Of a stretch of DNA of 64,000 bases, positions 37,566 to 50,387 are shown piece by piece. A model generated the notes under the pieces. It was not told the DNA's origin, searched no databases, and saw nothing but the letters and a program-made list of their open reading frames with translations. This DNA comes from Myxococcota bacterium (lineage in GTDB: Bacteria; Myxococcota_A; UBA796; UBA2385), in NCBI GenBank assembly GCA_044344255.1, contig JBIJDH010000002.1, positions 480,001 to 544,000 on the forward strand. Reading direction: 5' to 3'. Positions within the stretch are counted from its first letter, which is position 1. Each line of letters opens with the position of its first letter. The translations under genes and the position numbers were made by a program.

Positions 37566-39038
37566 ATGACCCCCGACTCCCGTGTCCTCGTCTTCGACGA
37601 CTCTCTCGCCGTGCAGGCCGATGGGGACTACGTCCTCTACTGGATGGTGGCCAACCGGCGGGCCCGCTACAATTTCGCCCTCCAGCGGGCCAGCGAGGTC
37701 GCACGTCAGCTCGGGCGGCCCCTGCTCGTCGTCGAGCCCCTGCGCGTCGACTACCGCTGGGCGAGCGAGCGGCTCCACGCCGCCGTCCTCCAGGGCATGG
37801 CGGACAACGCGGCCGACTTCGCGGCGGCGGGGGTCGCCTACCACCCCGTGGTCGAGCCCTCTCCGGGCGCGCACGCGGGGATGCTCGCCGCCTTCGCGGA
37901 GCGGGCCTGCGTCGTCATCAGCGACGACAGCCCCGTCCACTTCCTCCCCCGCTGGCGCGCCGCCGCCGCCGCGGCCTGCGGCCGTCGTCTCGAGGCAGTG
38001 GACAGCTACGGCCTCTTCCCGCTGCGGGCGACGCCGGGCGCCTTCGCGACCGCCCACGCCTACCGCCGCTTCTTGCAGGGCGCGATGGGCCCCGAGCTCT
38101 CTCGCTGGCCCGAGGCGGCGCCGCTCTCGGGCCCGCTTGAGGGGCGGGGGGACGGGGAGCGCCTCGCCCGAGGCCCCCGCCTTCGTTGGCCCGCCGCCTC
38201 CCCGGCGCTCCTCCGCGCCGAGCCTGCAGCGTTGGCCGCGCTGCCGATCGACCACACGGTGAAGCCTGTGCAGACCCGATGCGGTGCGTCGGCGGCGCGG
38301 GTCGCACTCCGACACTTCCTGGGCGACGGCCTCGCTCGGTACGGCGAGGATCGCGCCGACGTGTCGGTCGATCCATCGAGCGGCCTCAGCCCCCACCTCC
38401 ACTTCGGGCACATCGGCGTGCACGAGATCGTGGGTGAGGTCCTCCGCGCCTCGGGCGCCACGCCCACCGATCCGAAGGGCCGCGTGACGGGCAAGAAGAC
38501 GGGGTGGTGGGGCCTCCCCGAGGCGGCGGAGCTCTTCCTCGACGAGCTCGTGACCTGGCGGGAGCTCGGGGCCGTGACCGCCACCCACCGCCCCGACGAT
38601 CACGACCGGTACACGGCGGTCCCCGAGTGGGCGCGCGCTGCCCTCGCCGCACGCGCCCTCGACGCTCGGCCCGTCACCTACGACCTCGCCACCCTCGACG
38701 CGGCCCTCACCCACGACGCGCTCTGGAACGCGGCCCAGCGGCAGCTCCGACGGGAGGGGCGCATGCACAACTACATGCGCATGCTGTGGGGCAAGAAGGT
38801 GCTCGAGTGGAGCCCGAGCCCCGAGATCGCCTTCGAGAGCCTCACTGAGCTCAACAACCGCTACGCCCTCGACGGCCGAGACCCGAATTCGGCCTCAGGG
38901 ATCAGCTGGTGCTTTGGGCACTATGATCGGCCCTGGGGGCCGCGTCGGCCGATCTTCGGGACCGTTCGGTATATGTCCAGCGAGAACACCCGCCGAAAGA
39001 TGGACACTCGGAGATACGAACAGACCTACTCCGCTTGA
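37566..39038 (+). CDS. phrB: Deoxyribodipyrimidine photolyase (class II CPD-like)
   Basis: YVLYWM..RR..N.AL, SGLSPHLHFG, THDALWNAAQ, GRMHNYMRMLWGKK, YALDGRDPNS and HYDRPW..RPIFG motifs. Confidence 0.93.
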   Translation: MTPDSRVLVFDDSLAVQADGDYVLYWMVANRRARYNFALQRASEVARQLGRPLLVVEPLRVDYRWASERLHAAVLQGMADNAADFAAAGVAYHPVVEPSPGAHAGMLAAFAERACVVISDDSPVHFLPRWRAAAAAACGRRLEAVDSYGLFPLRATPGAFATAHAYRRFLQGAMGPELSRWPEAAPLSGPLEGRGDGERLARGPRLRWPAASPALLRAEPAALAALPIDHTVKPVQTRCGASAARVALRHFLGDGLARYGEDRADVSVDPSSGLSPHLHFGHIGVHEIVGEVLRASGATPTDPKGRVTGKKTGWWGLPEAAELFLDELVTWRELGAVTATHRPDDHDRYTAVPEWARAALAARALDARPVTYDLATLDAALTHDALWNAAQRQLRREGRMHNYMRMLWGKKVLEWSPSPEIAFESLTELNNRYALDGRDPNSASGISWCFGHYDRPWGPRRPIFGTVRYMSSENTRRKMDTRRYEQTYSA

Positions 39039-39074
39039 CCGCATCAAGCTCGACCTCCAACCCAGGCAATCCCC

Positions 39075-40466
39075 ATGACGATCTTCGAGCGCCGACTGTC
39101 CCTCCCGGTCTCCCCCGAGGTGGCCTTCGACTGGCACGCTCGGCCGGGGGCCTTCCAGCGACTGACCCCGCCCTGGCAGGACACCCGGGTCACCGCCCAG
39201 ACGCTGGCTCCCGGCGCCACGACGCTCCTCCAAGACGGCGGCGTGGCGAAGCTCTCGATCCCGGTGGGCCCGATCCGCCTGAGCTGGAAGGCGCTTCACA
39301 GCGGGTATGAGCCCGGGCGCCAGTTCGTGGACACGATGGAGGATGGCCCCTTCTCGCGCTGGGTCCACACCCACCGCTTCGAGCCGGCGCCGGGGGGCTG
39401 CACGCTCATCGATCACATCGACTACGAGCTCGGCGCCGCCGGCCTCTTCGTCAGCGGGATGATCGCCCGCGACCTCGATCGCCTCTTCCGCTTCCGGCAC
39501 ACCCGGACCGCGGAAGACCTCGCCGCGCACGCGCGCTACCCGGGCGGCGGCGCGGTGGCCATCACCGGCGCCACCGGGCTCCTCGGCACGGCCCTCGGCG
39601 CCTTCCTCACCACCGGCGGTCACCGCGTGCTGCGCTTCGGGCGGGCGGGGCGCGGCGGAGACATCGGCTGGGATCCCGCCAAGGGCACCCTCGACAACGA
39701 GGCGCTGCGTGGGGTCGACACCGTCGTGCACCTCGCGGGCGCCTCGATCGCCGAGCGCTGGACGGACGCCCGCAAGCTGGAGGTGATGGAGAGCCGCAAG
39801 CAGGGCACCGCCCTCGTGGCGGGCGCCCTGGCCGAGCTCCGCCGCTCCGGCGGCGCCGCCCCGAAGACCCTCATCAGCGCCTCGGCGGTGGGCCTCTACG
39901 GAGACCGGCAGGACGAGCTCTTGACCGAGGAGAGCGCGCCCGGCCAGGGCTTCGCCGCCGAGGTCTGCGAGGCCTGGGAGGCGGCGACCCGGCCCGCGGA
40001 GGAGGCGGGCGTCCGGGTGGTGCGCCTGCGCATCGGCGTCGTGCTGTCGGGGCAGGGCGGCGCGCTGACCCAGATGTTGCCGCCCTTCCGCGCAGGGGTC
40101 GGCGGGCCGGTGGGCGAGGGGAGACAGTGGCTGCCGTGGATCGCTCAGGATGATGTCCTGGACGCGATCCTCGCCGCGATGAACGAGGAGGGGCTCCGCG
40201 GCGCGGTCAACGCGGTGGCGCCCCAGGGCGCCCGGCAGGCCGACTTCGCCCGCACCCTCGGGGCCGCGCTCGGCCGACCGGCGGTGATGCCCGCGCCCGC
40301 CTTCGCGATCCGCCTCGCCTTCGGCCAGATGGGCGAGGAGCTGCTCCTGGGCGGTCAACGGGTGAGCCCGGCGAGCCTGAACGGGGTCGGCTTCTCCTGG
40401 CGCCGGCCCGATCTCCGCGCGGCCTTGGACTTCGAGCTCGGCGCCAAGGGCCCTTCCCAGGGGTAG
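39075..40466 (+). CDS. SRPBCC domain + TIGR01777-family NAD-dependent epimerase fusion
   Basis: WHARPGAFQRLTPPW and FVDTMEDGPFSRWVHTHRF; then ITGATGLLG, SASAVGLYG, CEAWE and RLRIGVVL. Confidence 0.92.
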   Translation: MTIFERRLSLPVSPEVAFDWHARPGAFQRLTPPWQDTRVTAQTLAPGATTLLQDGGVAKLSIPVGPIRLSWKALHSGYEPGRQFVDTMEDGPFSRWVHTHRFEPAPGGCTLIDHIDYELGAAGLFVSGMIARDLDRLFRFRHTRTAEDLAAHARYPGGGAVAITGATGLLGTALGAFLTTGGHRVLRFGRAGRGGDIGWDPAKGTLDNEALRGVDTVVHLAGASIAERWTDARKLEVMESRKQGTALVAGALAELRRSGGAAPKTLISASAVGLYGDRQDELLTEESAPGQGFAAEVCEAWEAATRPAEEAGVRVVRLRIGVVLSGQGGALTQMLPPFRAGVGGPVGEGRQWLPWIAQDDVLDAILAAMNEEGLRGAVNAVAPQGARQADFARTLGAALGRPAVMPAPAFAIRLAFGQMGEELLLGGQRVSPASLNGVGFSWRRPDLRAALDFELGAKGPSQG

Positions 40467-40508
40467 ACTGCGCCGACCCTTCCACCCGGATCCTCCGTGG
40501 AGCTGTCG

Positions 40509-42665
40509 ATGTCGCCGGTGACCTGGCTCCTCCTCGCCCTGCTCGCCTGTCGAGACAAGGCGGGTGAGACGGTCGGGGGCGACGAAGAAGACGGATCAGG
40601 CGAGGCCTCCGACGGGGGCGCCGTCGACGGCGGGGGAGACGAGGGCGGCGGGGACAGCGCCGCCGAGGGCTGGAGCCTCCGCGTGACGGTCACCCTCGAC
40701 GGCGCGCCGGCGCCGGGGGTCCGCCTCACGCAGCCCGGCACCTCGCTCACCTGGAGCACCGACTCCGCCGGCCAGGCTGAGGTGGAGCTCCGCGCCGATC
40801 TCGACGGCGGCATCGCCATCGCCGCCTCTCACCCCGAGGCGCGGGTGGGCGGCTACGAGTTCTACCCGTCGGAGTGGGGCACCCCCACGCTCACCATCCC
40901 GCTCACCCGCTTCGACCCCACCGACAACCCGGCCTACACCTTCCTGGCCCCGGGCACCCCTGAGTCCGGTCTGTCCACGGAGTTCTGTACACATTGCCAC
41001 GTCCGCATCAACGCGGACTGGTACGCGTCGCCCCACGCCCGCTCGGCGAGCAACCCCGTCGTGCACGACCTCTACGCCGGCGTCGCCGCCGCCTGGGCCG
41101 ACGAGGCGGGCTGCCTCGCCCGCGGCGGGATCTGGCGCTCGGGCCTCGTGCCCGGCTCCACCGCCCGCGCAGACCGCTGCTACATCGGCGAGGGGACGCT
41201 CCCCTCGCTGAACGCCGACTGTGGCGTGACGGAGAGCTGCGACGGCGTCGCCGCCGAGACCGGTGACTGCGCCGACTGCCACGCCCCCGGAATCAATGGG
41301 TCGCTCGGCGGGCGTGATCTCCTCGAGGCCACGGAGGAGGCTTACGAGCACGGCGTCCACTGCGACGTCTGCCACAAGGTCGAGTCGGTGGACCCCGATG
41401 ATCCGCGCCCGGGCGTCGCCGGTAAGCTCCACGTGCTCCGTCCGATTGAGCCCTCACCCAGCCCGGCGATGGGGGAGTGGGCGCCCACCCAGTTCGGCCC
41501 CTACGGGGACGTGCTCAATCCCTTCATGGGGGCGATCGAGCGGGATCAGTTCACCGAGGCGTCCTTCTGTGCAGGGTGTCATCAGTATGACGCGCCGGTG
41601 CGCGTGGTCGGAGGGTCCGTCGATCTCTCCCGCTGGCCGGACGGCCTCTTGCCGGTGCAATCGACCTGGGCGGAGTGGGAGGCCAGCCCGATGAGCCCCG
41701 ACGTGCCCTGCCAGAGCTGCCACATGCCCCCCGACCCTCACGCCGGAAACAGCGCCGATCTGGGCCATGAGGGCGCCCTCGACGAGGGCGGCACGGTCGG
41801 CGGCTGGTATCGGCCTCCAGGCGAGGTCCGCCGCCACGCCTGGTTTGGGCCCCGCTCGGCCGAGCAGCGGCTCCTCGAGCTCGCTGCTCGGGTGGAGCTG
41901 GAGGGGGAGCTCAGCCTCGGGGAGCTCGAGGCGCGGGTCACGGTCACCAACAGCGGCCCGGGCCACGCGCTCCCCACTGGCGAGCCCCTGCGCAGCCTGC
42001 TCTTGCTCGTCGAGGCCCGATGTGACGGGGACATGCTCGAGAGCATGGGGGGTGACGTGATCTCCGACGTCGGCGGCGCGCTCGATGAGCAGGCGGCGGG
42101 GGAAGACTGGTCACGCTGGCCGGGAGCCCTGGTGGGCGACCGTGTCCGAGTCTTGCGCGAGACGGGCGACTGGCTCGACTACACCGGCCCCGGCCCCTTC
42201 GGAGACGGCCGCTTCGACACGATCGCCAAGGGAATGCCGATCGAGGTGTTGGCGGGCGAATCGGAGATCACCGCGGTCGACTCGGAGGGGAGGGTGAGCC
42301 TCAGCGCGCCGCTGCCGGAGGGGGATCGGGCCGTCCGCGTCGAAGCGGACGGGGGGCTCCCCGAGGACGGCGACCCCGCGCGGGCGTGGTCGGGCGCCCC
42401 CGGCTTCGCCTACTCTCGGGTGCTGGTCGGCCCCGATGGCGCCCGCAACGTGCCCCACTTCCGAGCGGTGGACGTGGTGAGCGACAACCGCTTGCCGGCC
42501 GGGCAGTCCTGGACCACCGTTCACCGCTTCGCCGCGACCTGTGAGCACCCAGTCGTAGAGGCGGTGCTCGTCCACCGCGCCTACCCCCTGGAGCTCGCGG
42601 CGGAGCGCGGCTGGGCCCTGACCGAGTCGGTGATGGCGCGAGAGACGCTGGAGATCGGACCATGA
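40509..42665 (+). CDS. Multiheme (five CxxCH) cytochrome c lipoprotein
   Basis: Lipobox LLAC; CTHCH, CADCH, CDVCH, CAGCH, CQSCH; NSGPGHALPTG after the last heme. Confidence 0.9.
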   Translation: MSPVTWLLLALLACRDKAGETVGGDEEDGSGEASDGGAVDGGGDEGGGDSAAEGWSLRVTVTLDGAPAPGVRLTQPGTSLTWSTDSAGQAEVELRADLDGGIAIAASHPEARVGGYEFYPSEWGTPTLTIPLTRFDPTDNPAYTFLAPGTPESGLSTEFCTHCHVRINADWYASPHARSASNPVVHDLYAGVAAAWADEAGCLARGGIWRSGLVPGSTARADRCYIGEGTLPSLNADCGVTESCDGVAAETGDCADCHAPGINGSLGGRDLLEATEEAYEHGVHCDVCHKVESVDPDDPRPGVAGKLHVLRPIEPSPSPAMGEWAPTQFGPYGDVLNPFMGAIERDQFTEASFCAGCHQYDAPVRVVGGSVDLSRWPDGLLPVQSTWAEWEASPMSPDVPCQSCHMPPDPHAGNSADLGHEGALDEGGTVGGWYRPPGEVRRHAWFGPRSAEQRLLELAARVELEGELSLGELEARVTVTNSGPGHALPTGEPLRSLLLLVEARCDGDMLESMGGDVISDVGGALDEQAAGEDWSRWPGALVGDRVRVLRETGDWLDYTGPGPFGDGRFDTIAKGMPIEVLAGESEITAVDSEGRVSLSAPLPEGDRAVRVEADGGLPEDGDPARAWSGAPGFAYSRVLVGPDGARNVPHFRAVDVVSDNRLPAGQSWTTVHRFAATCEHPVVEAVLVHRAYPLELAAERGWALTESVMARETLEIGP

Positions 42666-44176
42666 GCCTCCTTCTCCTTCTCCCTCTCCCTCTCCCGCGC
42701 CTGGGCCTCCCGCTGGTCCTCGGGCTCGTAGGCTGTCGGCCGGCGCCCGAAGCGGGCCCGCACGCCGCCGCGTCCATCTCGCGGGAGGGGTCAGGGGTCG
42801 AGCCCTGGAGCGCGGAGGGGGCCGGGGAGCAGCCCAGCCTGCCGATCATCGAGGAGGCCGCCGACATCGACGATGCGGAGGGGGTGGTCCACTTCCTGCT
42901 CCGCGCCGCGGCGGCGACCCACACCCTCACCGACTGGCAGACCGGCGAGGTCCGCACGGTGGAGGGCTACGCCTACAACGGCCTCTCTCCGGGTCCAACC
43001 CTGCGCGCCCGTGTGGGAGACACCGTGCTGGTCGAGCTCGTGAACGAGCTGGACGTCGAGACGACGCTGCACTGGCACGGCCTCCAAGTCCCCTGGTCGG
43101 AGGACGGGGTCACCTGGATGGCGGAGCCCGTCGCCCCCGGCACCAGCCGCGGCTACCGGTTCGTGGTCGATCGGCCGGGCACCTTCTGGTACCACCCGCA
43201 CTTCGATCCGGCGCACCAGGTCGACCTCGGGCTCTACGGCGCCTTCATCGTCGAAGACCCGGCCGAGCCTGCCGCCGATCGCGACCTCGTGTTGGTCTTC
43301 GACGACTGGCCCGAAGCGGAGGGAGAAGTCGGGGGAGAAGGCGAGGGAGAAGGCGGGGGAGGGGAGGGGAGCGACGACACCGGGGACGACCCGACGGACG
43401 CCTATGTACACGGCGCTCACGGCGCAGAAGGCCTGTGGACGGTGAACGGCGCGGTCCGGCCCCGCCTGGACCTCGACGCCGCCGAGGGGGCGCGCCTCCG
43501 GATCCTCAACGTGAGCAACGCGGGCTACCTCGCGCTGCACTGGGCCGATCAGCGCTGGATCGGCGGCGATCAGGGCCTGCTGCCGGCCGCGGAGGCCCCC
43601 GATCAGGTGGTGCTCGGCGCCGGAGATCGGGGAGAGTTTGAGATCGTGGCGGGTGGCTCGGGCTTCCGAATGGAGGATCGGCCCTGGAGCCTCGCGGGGG
43701 GCGCCGGGTACGGCGAGGCCGAGGCCCGCCTCGACGTGGTGGTCACCGGCACCAGCAGCCCCGGTGCGCCGCTGCCGCTGCCCTACTCGGGCGAAGCCCC
43801 CACGCCCGATCCCGGCCGCACCGATCTGCTCTACACCTTCCAGGGAGAGCTCCACAGCGACACCTGGATGATAAACGGTGAACAGTACCCGGATGTTACT
43901 GTTCAGTCCGCCCCGTACGGCGCAGAGCAGGTGATCGAGGTTCGGAACCTGTCGGCCTCCACCCATCCCTTTCACCTGCACGGCATGTCCTTCGAGGTGC
44001 TCTCCGTGGACGGCGTGGCCCCCACCCACCGCACCGTCGAGGACACCGTTGACCTCGGTCTATACCAGACCCTGCGCCTCCGGCTGGTCGCCGACAACCC
44101 GGGCGACTGGATGCTCCACTGCCACATCCTCCCGCACGAGCACGGCGGCATGATGACCGTGCTGCGGGTGGAGTGA
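42662..44176 (+). CDS. Multicopper oxidase lipoprotein
   Basis: Lipobox-like LVGC; LHWHG, WYHPH, HPFHLHG and HCHILPHEHGGM (all four copper motifs). Confidence 0.95.
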   Translation: MSLLLLLPLPLPRLGLPLVLGLVGCRPAPEAGPHAAASISREGSGVEPWSAEGAGEQPSLPIIEEAADIDDAEGVVHFLLRAAAATHTLTDWQTGEVRTVEGYAYNGLSPGPTLRARVGDTVLVELVNELDVETTLHWHGLQVPWSEDGVTWMAEPVAPGTSRGYRFVVDRPGTFWYHPHFDPAHQVDLGLYGAFIVEDPAEPAADRDLVLVFDDWPEAEGEVGGEGEGEGGGGEGSDDTGDDPTDAYVHGAHGAEGLWTVNGAVRPRLDLDAAEGARLRILNVSNAGYLALHWADQRWIGGDQGLLPAAEAPDQVVLGAGDRGEFEIVAGGSGFRMEDRPWSLAGGAGYGEAEARLDVVVTGTSSPGAPLPLPYSGEAPTPDPGRTDLLYTFQGELHSDTWMINGEQYPDVTVQSAPYGAEQVIEVRNLSASTHPFHLHGMSFEVLSVDGVAPTHRTVEDTVDLGLYQTLRLRLVADNPGDWMLHCHILPHEHGGMMTVLRVE

Positions 44177-44192
44177 GCGGGCCCCCGCCGGC

Positions 44193-45293
44193 TCAGCGAG
44201 GCGCGCGGCCGAAGTCTCTCGCTACCGCGAAAGAGACCACCCGCTCTATGTAGTCGCGCACTCGCGGCGGCGGGAGCCCGGGCAGCGCCGCCGCGGCCTC
44301 GGTGGTGTCGAAGAGGGGGTTCTGGACGAAGTAGGGCATGAAGGCGTCGCCACCCCTGCGGATGGCCGCGCCTCGTTTCGTCATGAACAGCGGCTTCAGC
44401 AGCGGCCGAAAGTACCGCTTGTAGTTGCCTTGCTCGACGTAGCGGATGGCCCCTGAGCCGGTCGCGGCGCGGATCCAGCCCACCATCTCTTCGACCGTCG
44501 GGGCGCCGTCCCCCACGGCGAGGTGGAAGCGCCCGCCGACCGTCCCGGGATCGGCCTGCAAGCGGTCGAGGGCCTCGGCGACGAAGTCGACCGGCACGAT
44601 GTCGACGCGGCAGTGTGGGCTGCCGGGGAAGAGCCGCCACCAGCCGGAGAGGTAGAGGCGGAGAGGCCAGTAGATGACGTTGAAGGACTCGGTGGCCCCG
44701 GTGGTGGAGTCGCCGACGATGATGCTCGGGCGGTGGATGGCGGTGGGCAGCCCGCGGGCCTGGGCCTCCTCGACGAGGCCCTCCGCCTCACACTTGGACC
44801 ACTCGTAGCGGTTGCGGAATCCCTGGCCGACGAAGCGCTCGTGCTCGTAGACCCGACCGACCCGGTCGCCGGCGACGTAGGCGGTGCTCACTTGATCGTA
44901 ACGCTCGAGGCGGCCCCGCTCGGCGGCCTCGGCGGCGAGGGCGAGCATCGAGCGCGTGGCCTCGATGTTCTCGGCGGCGGCGGTCTCCGCGTCCATGTCG
45001 AAGCGGACGGAGGCGGCGCAGTGCAGGATGGCCGTGAGCTCGGGGATCAGGGCCGCACGATCCGCGGGGTGGAGGCCGAGGCCGGGCGCCGAGACGTCCC
45101 CGGCCACCGCCTCGAGCCGCTCCGCCGCCGCTCCGAGGCCGGCCGCCAGCCTCTTCCGCCGCGCGTCGAGGTGGGCCGCGTCGCGCGCACGGACCAGGAC
45201 GACCACGCGGGTCGCCGGTCGCGCGAGGAGGCGCGGCAGCAGGGCACCGCCGACATGGCCGGTCGCGCCGGTGAGGAGGATGGTCTCGGACAC
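44193..45293 (-). CDS. Extended SDR / NAD_binding_4 (fatty acyl-CoA reductase-like) oxidoreductase
   Basis: LLTGATGHVG, HCAASVRF, VSTAYVAG, YEWSK, RPSIIVGD and VPVDFVA motifs. Confidence 0.9.
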   Translation of the reverse strand: MSETILLTGATGHVGGALLPRLLARPATRVVVLVRARDAAHLDARRKRLAAGLGAAAERLEAVAGDVSAPGLGLHPADRAALIPELTAILHCAASVRFDMDAETAAAENIEATRSMLALAAEAAERGRLERYDQVSTAYVAGDRVGRVYEHERFVGQGFRNRYEWSKCEAEGLVEEAQARGLPTAIHRPSIIVGDSTTGATESFNVIYWPLRLYLSGWWRLFPGSPHCRVDIVPVDFVAEALDRLQADPGTVGGRFHLAVGDGAPTVEEMVGWIRAATGSGAIRYVEQGNYKRYFRPLLKPLFMTKRGAAIRRGGDAFMPYFVQNPLFDTTEAAAALPGLPPPRVRDYIERVVSFAVARDFGRAPR

Positions 45294-45351
45294 GGTGCGC
45301 TCTTCGCGGGGGTGGCCTCCGCCGGTGATGGCCGGCGGAGGGCGCGGGGCG

Positions 45352-46335
45352 CTACTTCCCGTAGCGGTAGGTCGAGAACTGGGAGTCCATGCGCGTGTCC
45401 TGCACCGACGAGAAGGTGTTCATGCAGGAGTCGTCGGTGTAGTCCATGAAATTGTTGATCGGATCGTCGCCGGTGATCGAGGCGCAGCTGTTGCGCCCCG
45501 TCGGGCAGCCGTAGGCGGCGCTCTTCTCGGCCGGGGTGTCGGAGACGAGGTCGCCGCCGGTGCTCGCGTTCTTCGCGCAGCCGCCCTGGAAGGTGTGGTA
45601 GAGCCCCATCCAGTGGCCGATCTCGTGGGTGGCCGTGTCTCCGAGGTTGTAGGGGGCCGCGGAGCCGCCGGGGACGCTGGAGTAGAGGATCACGACGCCG
45701 TCGTACTTCGGGCTCGAGGCGTAGCTCGAGGGGAAGGTGGCCCAGCCGAGGAGGCCGCCCGACGGGTTGCAGCTGTAGAGGTTGAGGTCGTCAGCCGTGC
45801 CCTGACGGAGCGCGTTCTTCATCGACGTCTCGGTCGAGGTGGTCGCGCAGCCGTTGTACCAGGTGCTGTTCGTGGTCCGATCGGTGGCCGCGAGCACGAA
45901 GGTCCAGCCGGTGGAGGCGTAGGCCGCGTTCAAGACGTTGATCTGATCGGAGATGGCGGTGTCGGTGATGTCGCCGTTCGACACGCCGCTTCCCTTGTTG
46001 ATCACGTGGAAGTACACGGGGATCGTGCCGCCGGTGACGGCCGCGTGGTGCGTGCTCATGTGGTTGCGGTCGTACTCGAACTCGGCCTCCATGCCCTTGA
46101 CGGTGTCGTCGGAGGGCTCCACGCCGCAGCGGAGGCCTGCGTGCACGAACTCGGCCTGGCTCTCAAACTGGTGCTCGCCGATCTGAAAGGGGGTCGCGCC
46201 AGCCTCGGGGTCGTCACCCCCGGCCTCGGCCTCCCAAGTGCCGGCCTCTGCGACGGCCTCGGCGGCTGTGTCATCGTCCTTGTCGCCGCAGGCGGTGAGG
46301 AGCGCGAGGAGGGAGAGCGAAGCGAAACGAGCCAT
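45352..46335 (-). CDS. Zinc metalloprotease, M43 (pappalysin/ulilysin-like) lipoprotein
   Basis: Lipobox LTAC; pro-peptide [21 protein letters not shown] Met-turn; start ATG 46335 after GGAGG. Confidence 0.93.
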   Translation of the reverse strand: MARFASLSLLALLTACGDKDDDTAAEAVAEAGTWEAEAGGDDPEAGATPFQIGEHQFESQAEFVHAGLRCGVEPSDDTVKGMEAEFEYDRNHMSTHHAAVTGGTIPVYFHVINKGSGVSNGDITDTAISDQINVLNAAYASTGWTFVLAATDRTTNSTWYNGCATTSTETSMKNALRQGTADDLNLYSCNPSGGLLGWATFPSSYASSPKYDGVVILYSSVPGGSAAPYNLGDTATHEIGHWMGLYHTFQGGCAKNASTGGDLVSDTPAEKSAAYGCPTGRNSCASITGDDPINNFMDYTDDSCMNTFSSVQDTRMDSQFSTYRYGK

Positions 46336-46499
46336 AGGGACCTCCAAAGGTTCACCTTGTATAGACCTGCCAAACCGGCCGTACCACCCGCCATGACGAA
46401 AAGCGGACAAGCCCTCGGGGCGAGCCTGTGACAAAGCTCCCCGCGGGGCGGGCGCCGGAATAGTCTGCGCTCCGCCCGAGCGGGCGGTCGAGAGGTCCC

Positions 46500-47270
46500 A
46501 TGACGCAGTCGGCCAGAACCCAGCTTACACGCGGCGTCTTGCTCCACGAGGGCAAGGCGAAGCAGGTCTTCGCAACCTCCAACCCAGATCTCGTCTGGAT
46601 CCACTTCAAGGACGACGCCACCGCCTTTGACGGGGCGAAGCGGGCGAGCATCCGGGACAAGGGTGAGGTGAACGCGCGGATCTCGGCGCACCTCTTCGAG
46701 CGGATGGCCGCCGCCGGCGTGCCGCACCACCTCGTGGAGGTGATGTCGCCCCGCGATCACCTGTGTCGAAAGGTGGAGATCATCCCCGTGGAGGTGGTCG
46801 TCCGCAACGTGATGGCGGGCTCCCTGGCGAAGCGCCTCGGGCGCCCGGAGGGGGAGCGGCTCCCCCGCCCGATGGTGGAGTTTTTCTACAAGTCCGACGA
46901 GCTGCACGACCCCCACATCGCCGACGAGCACGCCCTGCTCTTCGGCTGGGCGAAGGAGTGGGAGCTCGCCTACCTCCGCCACGCTGCCCTCGTCGTCAAC
47001 GCAGAGCTGCAGCGCTTCTGGGACGAGCTCGGCGTGATGCTGGTCGACTTCAAGATCGAGCTCGGGCGCTACCGGGGCAATCAGCTCCTGCTCGCCGACG
47101 AGATCACCCCGGACGGCTCGCGCCTCTGGGAGAAGGGCACCAACCGGAAGCTCGACAAGGACGTGTTCCGCCGCGACCTCGGCGACCTCGGCGACACCTA
47201 CCGCGAGCTCTTCACCCGCGTCTTCGGCGGGAACGTCGGCGATCGCGCCGTGGACGGGGGTGGGAAATGA
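46500..47270 (+). CDS. purC: SAICAR synthetase
   Basis: [40 protein letters not shown] and LDKDVFRR motifs. Confidence 0.97.
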   Translation: MTQSARTQLTRGVLLHEGKAKQVFATSNPDLVWIHFKDDATAFDGAKRASIRDKGEVNARISAHLFERMAAAGVPHHLVEVMSPRDHLCRKVEIIPVEVVVRNVMAGSLAKRLGRPEGERLPRPMVEFFYKSDELHDPHIADEHALLFGWAKEWELAYLRHAALVVNAELQRFWDELGVMLVDFKIELGRYRGNQLLLADEITPDGSRLWEKGTNRKLDKDVFRRDLGDLGDTYRELFTRVFGGNVGDRAVDGGGK

Positions 47271-47497
47271 AGGTCCGGGTCCTCGTCCACCTCAAGCCCG
47301 GTGTGCTCGATCCGGCGGGTAAGGCCGTCTCCCATGGGCTGCACCAGCTCGGCTTCCCCGAGGTGGAGGGGGTGCGCCTCGGTCGCTCGATCGAGCTGGT
47401 CGTCGCCGACGGCACGCCTCGCGAGCGAATCGAGGAGATGTGCAAGAAGCTCCTTGCTAACCTCGTGATCGAAGACTTCAGGGTGGAGATGCCATGA
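47267..47497 (+). CDS. purS: FGAM synthase subunit PurS
   Basis: [18 protein letters not shown]...[18 protein letters not shown] overlaps on both sides. Confidence 0.95.
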   Translation: MKVRVLVHLKPGVLDPAGKAVSHGLHQLGFPEVEGVRLGRSIELVVADGTPRERIEEMCKKLLANLVIEDFRVEMP

Positions 47498-48191
47498 GCG
47501 GCGCCTCCGGGGCTCGGATGAGCGGCGAGAGGGTGGTCGCGGTCATCACCTTCCCGGGCTCGAACTGCGACGCCGATCTCCGTCACGCGGTCGAGCTCTT
47601 CGATGGGCTCCGGGCGCGGGCGGTCTGGCACAAAGAGACGAGCCTCGGGGCGGTGGACGCCGTGATGCTCCCGGGTGGCTTCTCCTACGGCGACTACCTC
47701 CGCTGCGGGGCGCTCGCCCGCTTCTCGCCGGTGATGACGGAGGTCGCGCGCTTCGCCGCGCGGGGCGGGCCCGTGCTGGGCATCTGCAACGGCTTCCAGA
47801 TCCTCACCGAGGCGGGGCTGCTGCCTGGCGCGCTGCTGCAGAACGCGGGCCTCCGCTTCCTCTGCCGCGATGTGCTCCTGCAGGTCGAAGGGCGGTCAAC
47901 CCCCTTCACCGCTCGCCTGGATCGCGACCGCGCCCTGCGGGTGCCGATCGCCCATATGGACGGCAACTACACGGCGGAGGCCGACACCCTCGACCGCATC
48001 GAGGGGGAGGGGCAGGTGCTCTTCCGCTACGCAGGAGGTGCCCCCAACGGCGCCGCCCGCGACATCGCCGGGGTCTGCAACGCGGCGGGAAACGTCGTGG
48101 GCTTGATGCCTCACCCTGAGCGTGTGGTCGAGGCCGCCCTCGGCGGCACGGACGGCCGCGGCTTCTTCGAATCTCTGCGCGAGGTGCTCGG

Positions 48192-48195
<4 letters not shown>
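47494..48195 (+). CDS. purQ: FGAM synthase glutaminase subunit PurQ
   Basis: [25 protein letters not shown] and GLMPHPE motifs. Confidence 0.97.

Positions 48196-50383
<2,188 letters not shown>

Positions 50384-50387
<4 letters not shown>

Noticed and set aside
46336..46499. ZTP/purine riboswitch upstream of the pur operon
   Set aside because: I could not find the conserved aptamer elements by eye; an Infernal/Rfam scan would be decisive
47494..47529. Duplicated MSG start of purQ
   Set aside because: This is a trivial local duplication that only makes the start ambiguous (47494 versus 47518)
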